A DNA stretch of 41,509 nucleotides, taken from Methanobacteriota archaeon (GTDB lineage: Archaea > JAADCQ01 > Methanopyri > Methanopyrales > Methanopyraceae). The first letter of the stretch is position 1. Each line of letters starts with the position of its first letter. The DNA is taken from positions 1 to 41,509 of the forward strand of contig JAMOPY010000031.1 of the NCBI GenBank assembly GCA_027064305.1, in the 5' to 3' direction. Below are positions 10,421 through 20,048 of this stretch, piece by piece. Both the position numbers and the translations under genes were made by a program. The notes beneath the pieces are model-generated. The model saw only the letters and a program-made list of their open reading frames with translations. It ran no database searches and was not told the origin of the DNA.

Positions 10421-11653
10421 GTGGACGAGGAGCGGATCGAGGAGCTCGCGGAGCGGGTCGCGAAGGGTGAGATCAAGTTCTACGAGGTGGAGGAGTACAC
10501 GGACGGGGACAGCGAGCTGGCGACGGAGGTGCGCCGTCGGGCGGTGGAGAAGCTCACGGGGGCCCGGCTCAAGCACCTCGGGGAGTACACGATCGACGCG
10601 AACCGGGCGATGGACAAGAACATCGAGAACATGATCGGGGCCGTGCAGATCCCGGTGGGGATCGCGGGTCCCCTGCGCGTGCGCGGTGAGTACGCGGATG
10701 GGGAGTACTACGTCCCGCTGGCGACGACGGAGGGCGCGCTCGTCGCCTCGGTGAACCGGGGCTGCTCCGCCATCACCGAGTCGGGCGGGGCGCACGCGCG
10801 GATCGTGAAGGACGCGATGACGCGGGCGCCCGTGTTCAAGCTGCCGAGCGCGCGGAAGGCGCTCGAGTTCGTGGAGTGGGTGCGCGAGCACTACGACGAG
10901 ATCAAGGAGGCGGCGGAGAGCACGACGCGGCACGGGGAGCTGCTCGGGATCGAGGAGTTCATCACGGGGCGTCACGTGTTCCTGCGGTTCGAGTTCGACA
11001 CGAAGGACGCGATGGGGATGAACATGGTCACGATCGCCGTCGAGGAGGCGGTCCGGTGGATCGAGGAGCATCACCCGGACGCCAAGTGCGTGTCCGTGAG
11101 CGGGAACGTGTGCGTGGACAAGAAGCCCTCCTGGCTGAACAACGTGATGGGGCGCGGGCGGACGGTCGTGGCGGAGGTGGAGGTGCCGGCCGACGTGGTC
11201 GAGGAGAAGCTGAAGACGACCCCCGAGGCGATGGCCGAGGTTAACTACCGGAAGAACCTGATCGGCTCGGCCACGGCGGGTAACGTCGGCTTCAACGCGC
11301 ACCACGCGAACATCGTGGCGGCCATCTTCCTGGCGACGGGTCAGGACGAGGCGCACGTCGTGGACGGGTCCACGGGGTACACGACCATGGAGGTGACGGA
11401 GGACGGCGACCTGTACGCGAGCGTGACGATCCCGAGCCTCAACGTGGGCACCGTGGGCGGGGGGACCGGCGTGGAGACCCAGCGCGAGTGCCTGGAGATC
11501 CTCGGCGTGGCGGGCGGGGGCGACCCACCGGGCACGAACGCGCGGGAGTTCGCCGAGGTCGTGGCGGCCGCGGTCCTGGCCGGGGAGCTCTCGCTGATCG
11601 CCGCCCTGGCGGCCGGACACCTCGGACGCGCCCACCGGCTGCTCGGCCGGTAG
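10421..11653 (+). CDS. hmgA: HMG-CoA reductase (NADPH, class I)
   Basis: ENMIG, PLATTEGALVASVNRG, DAMGMNM, SGNVCVDKK, GQDEAH, VGTVGGGT, GELSL and catalytic His (GHLGRAH). Confidence 0.97.
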   Translation: MDEERIEELAERVAKGEIKFYEVEEYTDGDSELATEVRRRAVEKLTGARLKHLGEYTIDANRAMDKNIENMIGAVQIPVGIAGPLRVRGEYADGEYYVPLATTEGALVASVNRGCSAITESGGAHARIVKDAMTRAPVFKLPSARKALEFVEWVREHYDEIKEAAESTTRHGELLGIEEFITGRHVFLRFEFDTKDAMGMNMVTIAVEEAVRWIEEHHPDAKCVSVSGNVCVDKKPSWLNNVMGRGRTVVAEVEVPADVVEEKLKTTPEAMAEVNYRKNLIGSATAGNVGFNAHHANIVAAIFLATGQDEAHVVDGSTGYTTMEVTEDGDLYASVTIPSLNVGTVGGGTGVETQRECLEILGVAGGGDPPGTNAREFAEVVAAAVLAGELSLIAALAAGHLGRAHRLLGR

Positions 11654-11670
11654 GGGGGAGACCCGGGCCG

Positions 11671-12417
11671 GTGCGCTGCCGACGGTGCGGCGCCCGGGTG
11701 CGACCCCCCTACCGCTGCCCGCACTGCGACGCCCCCACCTTCCCCTACGCCGCCTTCACGATCGAACCCGACCCGGAGCGGCCCCGGTACGAGGTCGTCT
11801 TCCTCTCCCGGGAGCGCGAGCACCGGGTCGAGCGCGCCCCCGCCGGGGACCCGGACGGCATCCTCCTCCGGAACCTCGCGGAGGAGCTCGGCGAGCTCCT
11901 GAACGCGGCCCGCCCCGAGCGGGTGATCGGCGCGGACACGCCCCCCTGGCTCGTCGATCGCGTCGAGCGCATCGCGGGCGTGGAGTGCGAGCTGCACCGT
12001 GGAGGGCTGGAGTCGGCGGTCGAGCAGCTGCGGACGGAGCTGGAGGCCCGCGACCGGCTGCCGACCGTGGACTCACCCCCGGAGCGGAAGCTCGGGGGCA
12101 GTCACTCGACGATCATCGGGGGGCGCCGGGGCCGCGAGCTGCTCCTGCGCGTGGCCGCCCTCCCCTACGTCAAGCGCGTGATCCCCGGTCGGATCGGGGC
12201 CAAGGGCTCCCGGGGCGGGGGCGGGGTGCGGCTGAAGGTCACCCGCACGGACGAGCGCGGGAACCTGAAGCTCCTGCTCTCCGAGGGCGCCGCCACCCAG
12301 GAGATCTTCCTGGTCACGACGGCCCGGAGCGCCCGGGAGGGCCGCCTGATCGCCCGCCTGGTGGAGCGCGTCATTCGAGAAGCCGCCGCTCCCGCCGCTT
12401 CGGCGGCCGGACGGTGA
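11671..12417 (+). CDS. Zn-ribbon plus DUF2103-like predicted metal-binding protein
   Basis: N-terminal CxxC...CxxC; KLGGSHSTIIGGR and VKRVIPG motifs. Confidence 0.75.
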   Translation: MRCRRCGARVRPPYRCPHCDAPTFPYAAFTIEPDPERPRYEVVFLSREREHRVERAPAGDPDGILLRNLAEELGELLNAARPERVIGADTPPWLVDRVERIAGVECELHRGGLESAVEQLRTELEARDRLPTVDSPPERKLGGSHSTIIGGRRGRELLLRVAALPYVKRVIPGRIGAKGSRGGGGVRLKVTRTDERGNLKLLLSEGAATQEIFLVTTARSAREGRLIARLVERVIREAAAPAASAAGR

Positions 12418-12871
12418 TCACCGCCAGCGCCCGCTCCCCCTCGCGCGCCAGCACGAGCGCCCGGGACTCGCCCGAGAAGCGGACCCGCTCGTACTCCCCC
12501 CGCAGCTCGTCCAGGTCCAGCCGGCCGACCGCGACCGGCTCGCACCCCTCCGACGTGATCACGTACACCGTGTGGGAGGGGTCCAGCCGGTCCAGGTGCC
12601 GCCGCAGCTCCCCCTCGTAACGCTCGAACCGCTTCATCCGCATCTCCGACATGACCAGCGCCCGCTCGGGCCCCACCGCGATCCACACGTCGTTCCGCAG
12701 GAGCACCCGGGCCTCCCGCGCCAGCGTTCGCAGGTGCCGGACCACCTCGGGCACGTCCGCCGAAGGCGATAACTCCCTCCCCCTCACGCGCTCCACCGCG
12801 TGCAGCGTGGGGACCAGCACCCACCGGTCCGGGTCGAACTCGCGCGTCACCGTCTCGGCCAAGGCGATCAC
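12371..12871 (-). CDS. Hypothetical protein with DUF4258/RelE-like terminal motifs
   Basis: TLHAVERVRGR near the N-terminus and VITVRP near the C-terminus; start GTG 12871 or TTG 12862. Confidence 0.6.
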   Translation of the reverse strand: MIALAETVTREFDPDRWVLVPTLHAVERVRGRELSPSADVPEVVRHLRTLAREARVLLRNDVWIAVGPERALVMSEMRMKRFERYEGELRRHLDRLDPSHTVYVITSEGCEPVAVGRLDLDELRGEYERVRFSGESRALVLAREGERALAVITVRPPKRRERRLLE

Positions 12872-12890
12872 CCGCCGGGGAGGGGAACCG

Positions 12891-13853
12891 TTGGAGCTGA
12901 CGCCGGAGGAGGCGCGCGAGCGGTGCCGGGGTAAGGGTTGGGTCAGCCCGTACGAGCGCGTGGCGACGCTCGTGGGGCGGCGCGAGGACCGGGTCCTGCT
13001 CGTGGAGGACCACCCCACGCCCACCGGGTCCGACTGGATGATCCGCCAGTACGCCGCGACGAGCCCCCTCGTCGAGCGCGCCTGGCGCGAGGGTCGCCGG
13101 CACTTTTTCCTCCTCCGGGTGGGTCGCGCGGACCTGCGCCTGGAGCCGGGCGTCCGCGCCGCCGGGGTTGAGCGGGTGGAGGTCACCGACGGGGAGGTGC
13201 GGGTCACCCACGCGGGCCTGGCCGGGGCGGGCGTGGGCGCGACCCTGGCCCGGGGGTGCGCGGAGGGCGTCCTGCGCGTGGAGATCCACGAGGAGGGGGG
13301 CGGGGCCCGGCTGGGGCGCGGGACGGTGGTCACGCCCAAGCTGCGCCGGCTGCTGATCGGGGTGGACGACACGGACACCCGGGAGCGCGGGGCCACCTGG
13401 TCCGCCGTGGACGCGGTGTGCCGGGAGCTGGAGCGGGCGTGGGAGCGCGTGTTCTACTCCCGGCACGTGACCGTGCAGCTGTACCCCGGCGCCCCCGACC
13501 GGACGCAGAACTGCGCGGCGGCCGTGGTGGAGCTCGGGGTGCCGCCGGACCGGCTCGAGGCGGTGAAGGAGGACTTCCTGGACCGGCTCGCGGACCGGTG
13601 CTTCTCCGGGTCCACCTGCGTCGCCTTCTGGGAGGGGCTCGAGGTCCCCCAGGGCGTGCTCGACCTGGGGCACGCGGCCAAGCTCCGGGTCGTGCGACCG
13701 GAGGAGGCGGAGGCGGTGATCGAGCGCGAGGGGATCGAGGTGGTCCCGCTCGGGGAGCGGGATCGGGGCAAGATCGGGGCCGTGGCGGCGCTGGCCTTCA
13801 TCGATCGCCCGGAGCTCGCCGCCCGCGTTCCCAGATCACCCGGCCATCCCTGA
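12891..13853 (+). CDS. Methanogenesis marker protein 11
   Basis: W..RQY..TSPL, AGLAGAGVGA, IGVDDTDT.E.GATW, VQLYP..P..TQNC and GKIGAVAALA motifs. Confidence 0.88.
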   Translation: MELTPEEARERCRGKGWVSPYERVATLVGRREDRVLLVEDHPTPTGSDWMIRQYAATSPLVERAWREGRRHFFLLRVGRADLRLEPGVRAAGVERVEVTDGEVRVTHAGLAGAGVGATLARGCAEGVLRVEIHEEGGGARLGRGTVVTPKLRRLLIGVDDTDTRERGATWSAVDAVCRELERAWERVFYSRHVTVQLYPGAPDRTQNCAAAVVELGVPPDRLEAVKEDFLDRLADRCFSGSTCVAFWEGLEVPQGVLDLGHAAKLRVVRPEEAEAVIEREGIEVVPLGERDRGKIGAVAALAFIDRPELAARVPRSPGHP

Positions 13854-14070
13854 CCACCCGGACGACCCGGTGCAGGGGGATCTCCGCCCCGTACACCCGC
13901 AGGAAGCCCCGCTCCACCCGCTCGATCTCGTCGCCTCGCACCTCCCGGAGCCGGGAGGCGGTGCCGCGGTCCACCACGTAGAAGACGTACCGGGACGGGT
14001 CCTCCCGCGGGTCGTAGAGCATTTTGCTTATAATCTCCCGCAGCTCGGACCGTCCGGCCAACCTCACCAC
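13798..14070 (-). CDS. UPF0248/DUF504 (MJ1316-like) protein
   Basis: Y.DRG...IPLHRVVRV..G.VIWER signature. Confidence 0.85.
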   Translation of the reverse strand: MVRLAGRSELREIISKMLYDPREDPSRYVFYVVDRGTASRLREVRGDEIERVERGFLRVYGAEIPLHRVVRVVRDGRVIWERGRRAPGDR

Positions 14071-14088
14071 CCGCGCGGGGCGGTCGGC

Positions 14089-14667
14089 GTGGACCCCAGG
14101 ACCGGGGCCCTGATTTCAACGATCTGCCTCGTGGCCGCCCTGGCCACGGTCCAGTGGGACGTCCTGCTGAACCTACCCACCGCCGTGCACGATCTGATGA
14201 CGGCGGACCGGCTCGCCCACCAGGCGCTCAGCGAGAAGGACCGGGGAGACGCGCTCATGCGGGACGCGTCCCGGGCGGTGTCCGCGGCCGGGTCCAACCC
14301 GCTCGCCGTCCTCGCCGCCGCCCCCCGGATCGTGCGGGACGTGACCGAGGCGTACCGGCACTACGAGAGGTCGCTGCGCCTCGCGGAGGAGGGCCTCCGC
14401 CACCTGGACCGCGGGCTGCGGCTGATCGGGGCCACGAGCGACCCGGAGATCCGGCGCGCCTTGGACCTGATGTGGGAGGGGCTGGCCGGGTACCGGCGCG
14501 CGCTGTCCGAGTTCCACCGGGGCGTCGTCGCGGCGCGCTCGGGGGACTTCAACGCCGCCCTAAGGCACGTGAACGCCTCCTACCGGCTGATGCGGCGGGC
14601 CGATCAGCGGTTCCGGCAGGGGCGCTCGATGCTGGAGGACAAGACCCTGCTCTTCATGGGAGGCTAG
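14089..14667 (+). CDS. Hypothetical helical protein with N-terminal signal/anchor
   Basis: GTG start; hydrophobic N-terminus; amphipathic helical composition; TTATAAT-like box about 55-60 nt upstream. Confidence 0.65.
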   Translation: MDPRTGALISTICLVAALATVQWDVLLNLPTAVHDLMTADRLAHQALSEKDRGDALMRDASRAVSAAGSNPLAVLAAAPRIVRDVTEAYRHYERSLRLAEEGLRHLDRGLRLIGATSDPEIRRALDLMWEGLAGYRRALSEFHRGVVAARSGDFNAALRHVNASYRLMRRADQRFRQGRSMLEDKTLLFMGG

Positions 14668-14673
14668 GGCGCC

Positions 14674-16059
14674 GTGAGGCGGCTGGAGGAGCGGCTCCGG
14701 GCCCTGCGGTTACCCTCGGGCGTCCGCTGGTGCCCGAGGAGGATGACGGACCGGTCCCGGGGACGGCGGTGGTACGCGGTCCGCGGCTCCGACGCCGTGC
14801 GCATCACCGTCCCGGTGCGCGTGTACCGGCGCGACCTGCGGAAGGTGCCCGAGGGGGCCGAGGACGCGGCCGCGCACCCGATCATCGAGCGGATCAAGCG
14901 GGAGGCGCGGGAGGAGCGCGACCTGTACCCGCTCTCGGGCCGGCTGATCGACTACAAGAAGGCGCGGAAGCTCACCGAGCCGTGCACCGTCGTCCGGCTG
15001 CACGGGTTCCGGACGCCGCCCCTGTGGATGCCGGGGGAGTCCAACCGGGTCCTCCGGGACTCCCGCGAGGTCCTGCTCTCGGTGAAGCTCCTCTTCCCCC
15101 CGGACTGGAGCGATGAGCGCGTGCTGGACGGGGTCTTCACGGCCCTGGACGCGCTGCGGGACGTCGTGCGGTCCGTGCCCCGGCGGGAGATCCTGCGGAC
15201 GTGCCGCGTCGTGCTGGACCAGCGGGAGCTGCGGGAGCGGATGGAGTCGGGCGAGCTGACGCACGAGGGGCGCCGGGTGGTCGCGCTGATCGGGGAGGGC
15301 ACGCGTCCCGCCCGTCGGTTCACGGACGTGCGGCGGCACTACCGGATCGCGGGCCCGAAGCCGGACCCGCACATCCCGTTCGAGGTGCCGGAGGACGAGG
15401 AGGCGGGGCTGGAGCCGCTGGAGCTGAAGCTGCCGTGGACGGGGGAGCGGCGCCGGTTCCTGCCCATTTACGAGGGGGAGATGTTCGCGGTCGCGGGGGC
15501 GAACGCGCAGGGGAAGACGACGCTGATCAACGCGATCGAGTCGGGGAAGGACGATCACGCGCCCGGGGACGGGCGGGAGTACGTGATCACGGTCCGGCGG
15601 ACGGCGCGGGCGGAGGCGGGGATCAAGCGGATGCGGGGGGAGGACGTCAGCCTGTTCTTCCGGGAGCTGCCGCCGGGGTACGAGGGCACGCCGGAGAACG
15701 TGCGCGGCCTGGCCAGCGGCTCGATGAAAATGGCCGCGGAGATCCAGCGGGCGGTGGAGGAAGGGGCGAGGATCCTGTTCATCGACGAGGACAAGGCGGC
15801 CGTGAACCTGCTCGTGCCCGGGATCCTGACGCGCCGGCTGGAGGGCATCCGGACGCTGGTGGAGGTGAAGGACGAGATCACGTCGCGCGGGGTCACGATC
15901 GTCGCGGCGACGGGCGTGCTGGACGACTTCACGGCCGCCGCGGATCGGGCCATCGTGATGGAGGAGCACCGGCCCAAGCCGCTGAACCTGCGGGAGTTCC
16001 GGGCCCGGCTGGCGAGGCACCACGCCGAGCTGGCCCGCCGGTACTCCGAGGCCGGGTGA
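14674..16059 (+). CDS. Predicted ABC-class P-loop ATPase (COG3044-like)
   Basis: Walker A GANAQGKTT; H.PGDGREY, VSLFF, ASGSM.MAA motifs; Walker B ILFIDED.AAVNLL. Confidence 0.85.
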   Translation: MRRLEERLRALRLPSGVRWCPRRMTDRSRGRRWYAVRGSDAVRITVPVRVYRRDLRKVPEGAEDAAAHPIIERIKREAREERDLYPLSGRLIDYKKARKLTEPCTVVRLHGFRTPPLWMPGESNRVLRDSREVLLSVKLLFPPDWSDERVLDGVFTALDALRDVVRSVPRREILRTCRVVLDQRELRERMESGELTHEGRRVVALIGEGTRPARRFTDVRRHYRIAGPKPDPHIPFEVPEDEEAGLEPLELKLPWTGERRRFLPIYEGEMFAVAGANAQGKTTLINAIESGKDDHAPGDGREYVITVRRTARAEAGIKRMRGEDVSLFFRELPPGYEGTPENVRGLASGSMKMAAEIQRAVEEGARILFIDEDKAAVNLLVPGILTRRLEGIRTLVEVKDEITSRGVTIVAATGVLDDFTAAADRAIVMEEHRPKPLNLREFRARLARHHAELARRYSEAG

Positions 16060-17055
16060 TCAGCCCAGCTTCCCCGCCTCGCCGCGCACCCGCTCCCGCA
16101 TCCGCTCGGACCGCTCGATGAACTCCTCCATCTCCTCCTCCGTCGCCTCTTCCACGACCAGGATCTCGGCCTCGACGCCCGGGTTGACCTCCCGACCCTC
16201 CAGCTCGAAAGCGACCTCCAGGGCCTCCTCCTTCCCGTGCTCGAAGAAGGTCTCCAGGATGGGTAGGATCGCGATCAGGGACGGGGCGGCCACGGCCACG
16301 TCCGCCTCCGGGATGCAGTACTCGTTCCCGTTGAAGGCCACGGCGAGCCCACCACCCTCCCGGACCGCGCGCAGCATCTCCACGTCCGTGATGCTGTCCC
16401 CGATGCACGCGACCTCCTCGACCTCGAGCCCCAGGGACTCGCAGACGTCCTCCACGACCGCCGCCTTCCGGCTCCCGCCCACCACCTTCACCCGCGCGCT
16501 GAACTCGCCCAGGCTCGTCCCCTCCAGGCGGCCCAGGAGCTCGTCCACCCGATCGACGAGCTCACGATCCTCCACCTCGTCCGGCGGGTACAGCTCCAGC
16601 AGCTCCCGCTCGATCTCTCGCACCAGCTCCCGCTCCTCCTCCGAGGGCTCCGGGGCCTCGTCCAGGGGCAGCCGGGTGCAGTACACGTTCCGCTCCGGGA
16701 TGCCCAGCCGGCTGGCCACGGTCAGCGCGTGCTGCTCGTAGCTCGTGGACGCGATGAACTTGGGGCAGGTCAGCTCCCTCACCGTCTCCAGCGCGCCCGG
16801 CGTGAGGTCCGCCTGCTCGGACACCTCCTTAAGACCCTCCTCCGTGACCCCGTGCGCGAGGAGGAAGGGCACGATCAGCTGCAGCGTGGTGCCCGGCTCG
16901 TACCCCTCCCGCCGTTCCTTGAGGTACACGACGTCATCGTACCGGCTGAGCACCTCGAAGATCAGGTCGCCCTCCGGCACGAACCTCCGCATCACCTCGT
17001 AAGCATGGTCCATCGGCGACAGCGGGCCCTCCAGGTCGAAGATCACCGAGCTCAC
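16060..17055 (-). CDS. HAD-superfamily hydrolase (COG4030/EhaR-like)
   Basis: FDLEGPLS..D.AYE, STSYEQ, GG..K, IGDSITD and AFNGNEY motifs. Confidence 0.85.
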   Translation of the reverse strand: MSSVIFDLEGPLSPMDHAYEVMRRFVPEGDLIFEVLSRYDDVVYLKERREGYEPGTTLQLIVPFLLAHGVTEEGLKEVSEQADLTPGALETVRELTCPKFIASTSYEQHALTVASRLGIPERNVYCTRLPLDEAPEPSEEERELVREIERELLELYPPDEVEDRELVDRVDELLGRLEGTSLGEFSARVKVVGGSRKAAVVEDVCESLGLEVEEVACIGDSITDVEMLRAVREGGGLAVAFNGNEYCIPEADVAVAAPSLIAILPILETFFEHGKEEALEVAFELEGREVNPGVEAEILVVEEATEEEMEEFIERSERMRERVRGEAGKLG

Positions 17056-17555
17056 GACCGCCGCCCCCGGAGCCTCCTGACCGCCCTCCCCAGCCTGGAT
17101 TCAATAAAGTCTATCCTCACGGCGCGCCCGACGCAGTCCGTCTCCAGGAAGTACATGTACAGCATACCCACGACCCGCTCGTCCTGCGCCACCGGGGCCC
17201 CGGCGTCCTCGGGTCCGGGGATCCGCGCGTTCGGCAGCCGGATCGTGAGCTCCCGAGGCCCCACGTCGAGCACCTCCGACAGCACCCACGCGTCCCCTAG
17301 GTGCACCGCGCACGTGCCGGGCCTCGGCTCCCCGGTCGGCGTCACCTCCGACCGCTCCGGGTCCACCCAGTACGCGGCGAACTTGCCCACGGGATCCCGA
17401 AACGCCAGCTCGCAGACCGTCCCCTCCCCGCGCACCCGCTCCGGCGGCTCGCCCGCGAGGCTCGTGACCAGGAGCCGGGCGCCCTCCTCCTCCAGCACGG
17501 CCGTCACCTTGGCCCGCCACCGGCCCCAGGCGAGGGTGGAGCCGGCGCGGAGCAC
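17052..17555 (-). CDS. Hypothetical protein, possibly a degenerate trypsin-like fold
   Basis: Coupled between flanking minus-strand genes; PEDAGAPV...VVGML resembles GDSGGPV...VVG. Confidence 0.6.
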   Translation of the reverse strand: MLRAGSTLAWGRWRAKVTAVLEEEGARLLVTSLAGEPPERVRGEGTVCELAFRDPVGKFAAYWVDPERSEVTPTGEPRPGTCAVHLGDAWVLSEVLDVGPRELTIRLPNARIPGPEDAGAPVAQDERVVGMLYMYFLETDCVGRAVRIDFIESRLGRAVRRLRGRRS

Positions 17556-17557
17556 GC

Positions 17558-18634
17558 TCAGCCCTCCTTCCGGGCGACGAGGGTCCGCTCCTTCGGCGTG
17601 TTGTGCTTCAGGAACTCGACGGCCAGCACCTCGTACCCGCGCCGCTCGTACTCCAGCTCGACCTCGGAGACCGCCGTCTCCACGTCCGGGGCCGCGTACT
17701 CGCCCGTTTCCGGGTCCACGGCCAGCTTCACCGTCTGCACCACGAACCCGCCGGGCTCCAGGAACCGGTCCGCGACGTCGAGCGTGATCGCGGCCGCCTC
17801 CGAGTGCACCCGGTTCAGGTCGCTCGTCACCAGGCGCACCCGCTCCGGCACGTCCTCCCCCGAGAGCTCCTCCGCCCGCTTCCGCAGGTGCACCACGTTG
17901 TCCAGCTCGCGAACCCTCGGGTGCAGCTCGCCCGGGTCGACCGCGTACACCTTGCCGGGCCTGAGGCGCCGCGCGAGCTCGTACGTCCAGCCGCCCGGGG
18001 CCGCCCCCAGGTCGATCGCGCTCCAGCCCTCTCGGACCAGGTACGGGTGCCGCTTCAGGAGCTCGCGCAGCTTCAGCTGGGCCCGGGAGATGGGCCGCAT
18101 CCCCGGGCTCCACTTGCGGACGCGCTTGACCTCCTTCCGGACGATCAGGTCGGGCGGGATCACGGCGACGCCGGCCGTGTCCTGCAGCACCTCCACGCGC
18201 ACGACGTAGTCCGGCTCCTCCAGGTCCACGGGGGCCCCGGTCGCCTCCTGAACGGCGGCCCCCACCCGCACCTCCACGTCCCGGCGGCCGAAGGGGGGCT
18301 GACCCCGCTTGCGGCACCGCACGGCGAAGGCGGTGTCCTCGTCCAGCCGGCGCCGGGCCAGGGCGACCGCGGCCCGCTCGATCGCGTCCAGCTCGGCGCG
18401 CACGGTCCGGTGGATGGGGACCGCCCGGGCCACCCAGTCCGTGTCCGCCTCCCGGATCCGCTCGACGATCTCCTCCGGCTCCAGCTCGGAGCGGACGACC
18501 ACGACGCCCTTGAAGTAGGTGGGCTCGACCTCGACGAACGGGTCCTCCTCCCGCAGCAGCCGCTCCAGCTCGGAGACGCACCGGAACTCGAACCCGGCGG
18601 GACAGGTCACGAGGGCCTGGAACGGGGGGATCAT
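17558..18634 (-). CDS. THUMP-domain plus FtsJ/RrmJ-like RNA 2'-O-methyltransferase
   Basis: THUMP motifs FAVRCRKRG...VDLEEPD; methyltransferase motifs SRAQLKL, DLGAAPGGWT, TSDLN, QTVKL, KERT. Confidence 0.88.
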   Translation of the reverse strand: MIPPFQALVTCPAGFEFRCVSELERLLREEDPFVEVEPTYFKGVVVVRSELEPEEIVERIREADTDWVARAVPIHRTVRAELDAIERAAVALARRRLDEDTAFAVRCRKRGQPPFGRRDVEVRVGAAVQEATGAPVDLEEPDYVVRVEVLQDTAGVAVIPPDLIVRKEVKRVRKWSPGMRPISRAQLKLRELLKRHPYLVREGWSAIDLGAAPGGWTYELARRLRPGKVYAVDPGELHPRVRELDNVVHLRKRAEELSGEDVPERVRLVTSDLNRVHSEAAAITLDVADRFLEPGGFVVQTVKLAVDPETGEYAAPDVETAVSEVELEYERRGYEVLAVEFLKHNTPKERTLVARKEG

Positions 18635-18635
18635 G

Positions 18636-19757
18636 CTACCAGTCCTCCGGGGCGGGCGGCGCGTCCTCGTGCTGGGAGAGCAGGTCCGGAAGCTCCTCCC
18701 TCGCCCGCTCCCGGGCCTCCTGAAGCTCGCGCAGCAGGGCCTTCAGCTCCCGGGCCACGAGCTCCTTGCACTCCCCGCAGGCGACCTCGCCCTCCCGACA
18801 CTTCTCCCGGAGCTTCCGGAGCTCTCCCTCGCCCAGCCGGTCCGCGAGGTGGTAGACCATCAGCTCGTACACGACGCACTCGTCCGGGTTCCCACCCTTC
18901 TCCCGGTGCTCCTCGAGCGTGGCCCCGCCGCCCGTCTTCGCGCTCCAGACCTTCCGCTCGACCTCCTCCGGCGGATCCGTGAGGAAGATGGCCGTCTTCG
19001 GCTTGCTGCTGGACATCTTCCCGCCGGTCAGCCCGGTCATGAACCGGTGGTAGGTGCTCGCGGGCTTGACCAGGCCCTCCTTCTCGGCGACGTCCCGGGT
19101 GAGGCGGAGGTGCGGGTCCTGATCCACGCCGACGGGCACGAGGACGCGGTGCGGTCCCTCGAGCTCCTGGGGGTGGAGGATGTCGGCCGCCTGGACGATG
19201 GGGGCGAACGCGTGCCCCATGCTGGTGTCACCGGAGAAGCCGTACGTGTTCTTGATCGCGTTCCAGGTGAGGCGCCCGGCGAGGAGCAGGGCCATCCGCT
19301 GGACGGTCTTCCGCTCGGACTGCAGGTAGACCTCGCAGCGTTCCGGGTCCAGGTCCAGGCCCAGGGCCGCGTAGTTCAGGATGTACTCGCGGACGGCCAG
19401 ATCGTGCGCCTCCTCGAGGTCCATGCCGCGCGCGTGGTACGCCTCCAGGTCGGCGATGGGGATGTACACCTTGACGCCCAGCTCCCGCTGGTACCAGACG
19501 AGCTGGTCCACGACGGTCTTGTGCCCCAGGTGCATGCGCCCGCTGGGCATCATCCCGCTGAGGACCGAGACCCGCTCGCCCTCCCGGTACTCCCGCAGGA
19601 ACGCGTCGAAGTCCCGGTGCCCGAAGACGATCCCCCGCTCGACCAGCGGGAAGTCCCGGGGAAGGAGGTCCCTAACCTCCTCGTCGATCGGCTCGATCCC
19701 GAACTCCCGGGTCAGCCGCTCGTAGTCGACCTCCTCGACGTCCCAGGGGTCGATCAG
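18636..19757 (-). CDS. trpS: Tryptophanyl-tRNA synthetase
   Basis: HLGH, PVGVDQDPH and KMSSS motifs; the frame extends upstream to IDPWDVEEVDYERL with no ATG/GTG/TTG, so a CTG start at 19757 is inferred. Confidence 0.95.
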   Translation of the reverse strand: MIDPWDVEEVDYERLTREFGIEPIDEEVRDLLPRDFPLVERGIVFGHRDFDAFLREYREGERVSVLSGMMPSGRMHLGHKTVVDQLVWYQRELGVKVYIPIADLEAYHARGMDLEEAHDLAVREYILNYAALGLDLDPERCEVYLQSERKTVQRMALLLAGRLTWNAIKNTYGFSGDTSMGHAFAPIVQAADILHPQELEGPHRVLVPVGVDQDPHLRLTRDVAEKEGLVKPASTYHRFMTGLTGGKMSSSKPKTAIFLTDPPEEVERKVWSAKTGGGATLEEHREKGGNPDECVVYELMVYHLADRLGEGELRKLREKCREGEVACGECKELVARELKALLRELQEARERAREELPDLLSQHEDAPPAPEDW

Positions 19758-19789
19758 GACCTCCGGGATGGCGACTCACCCGCGCCCGC

Positions 19790-20035
19790 TCACTCCTCCA
19801 CGAACTTCTCCTTCACGTAGTCGATGAGGCCCTCCTCCTCCGCCTTCTCGAGGTGGTACCGCACCGACTTCAGCGAGATCCCCTCCTCCTCCGCGATCTC
19901 CTCCTCGTCCTGCCCCAGCACGTACTTGCGCAGGACGATCCGGGCCCGCCGGGCGCTCGTGGTCACGCCCTCCTCCACGAGGTCCCGCGGGTGGCAGGGC
20001 CAGGCCCCGTAGTACGGCTTCTGCTCCTCCGCCAT
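19790..20035 (-). CDS. Small HTH DNA-binding protein
   Basis: EEEIAEEEGISLKSVRYHLEKA helix-turn-helix pattern. Confidence 0.75.
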   Translation of the reverse strand: MAEEQKPYYGAWPCHPRDLVEEGVTTSARRARIVLRKYVLGQDEEEIAEEEGISLKSVRYHLEKAEEEGLIDYVKEKFVEE

Positions 20036-20048
20036 TCCCGCGCACCCC

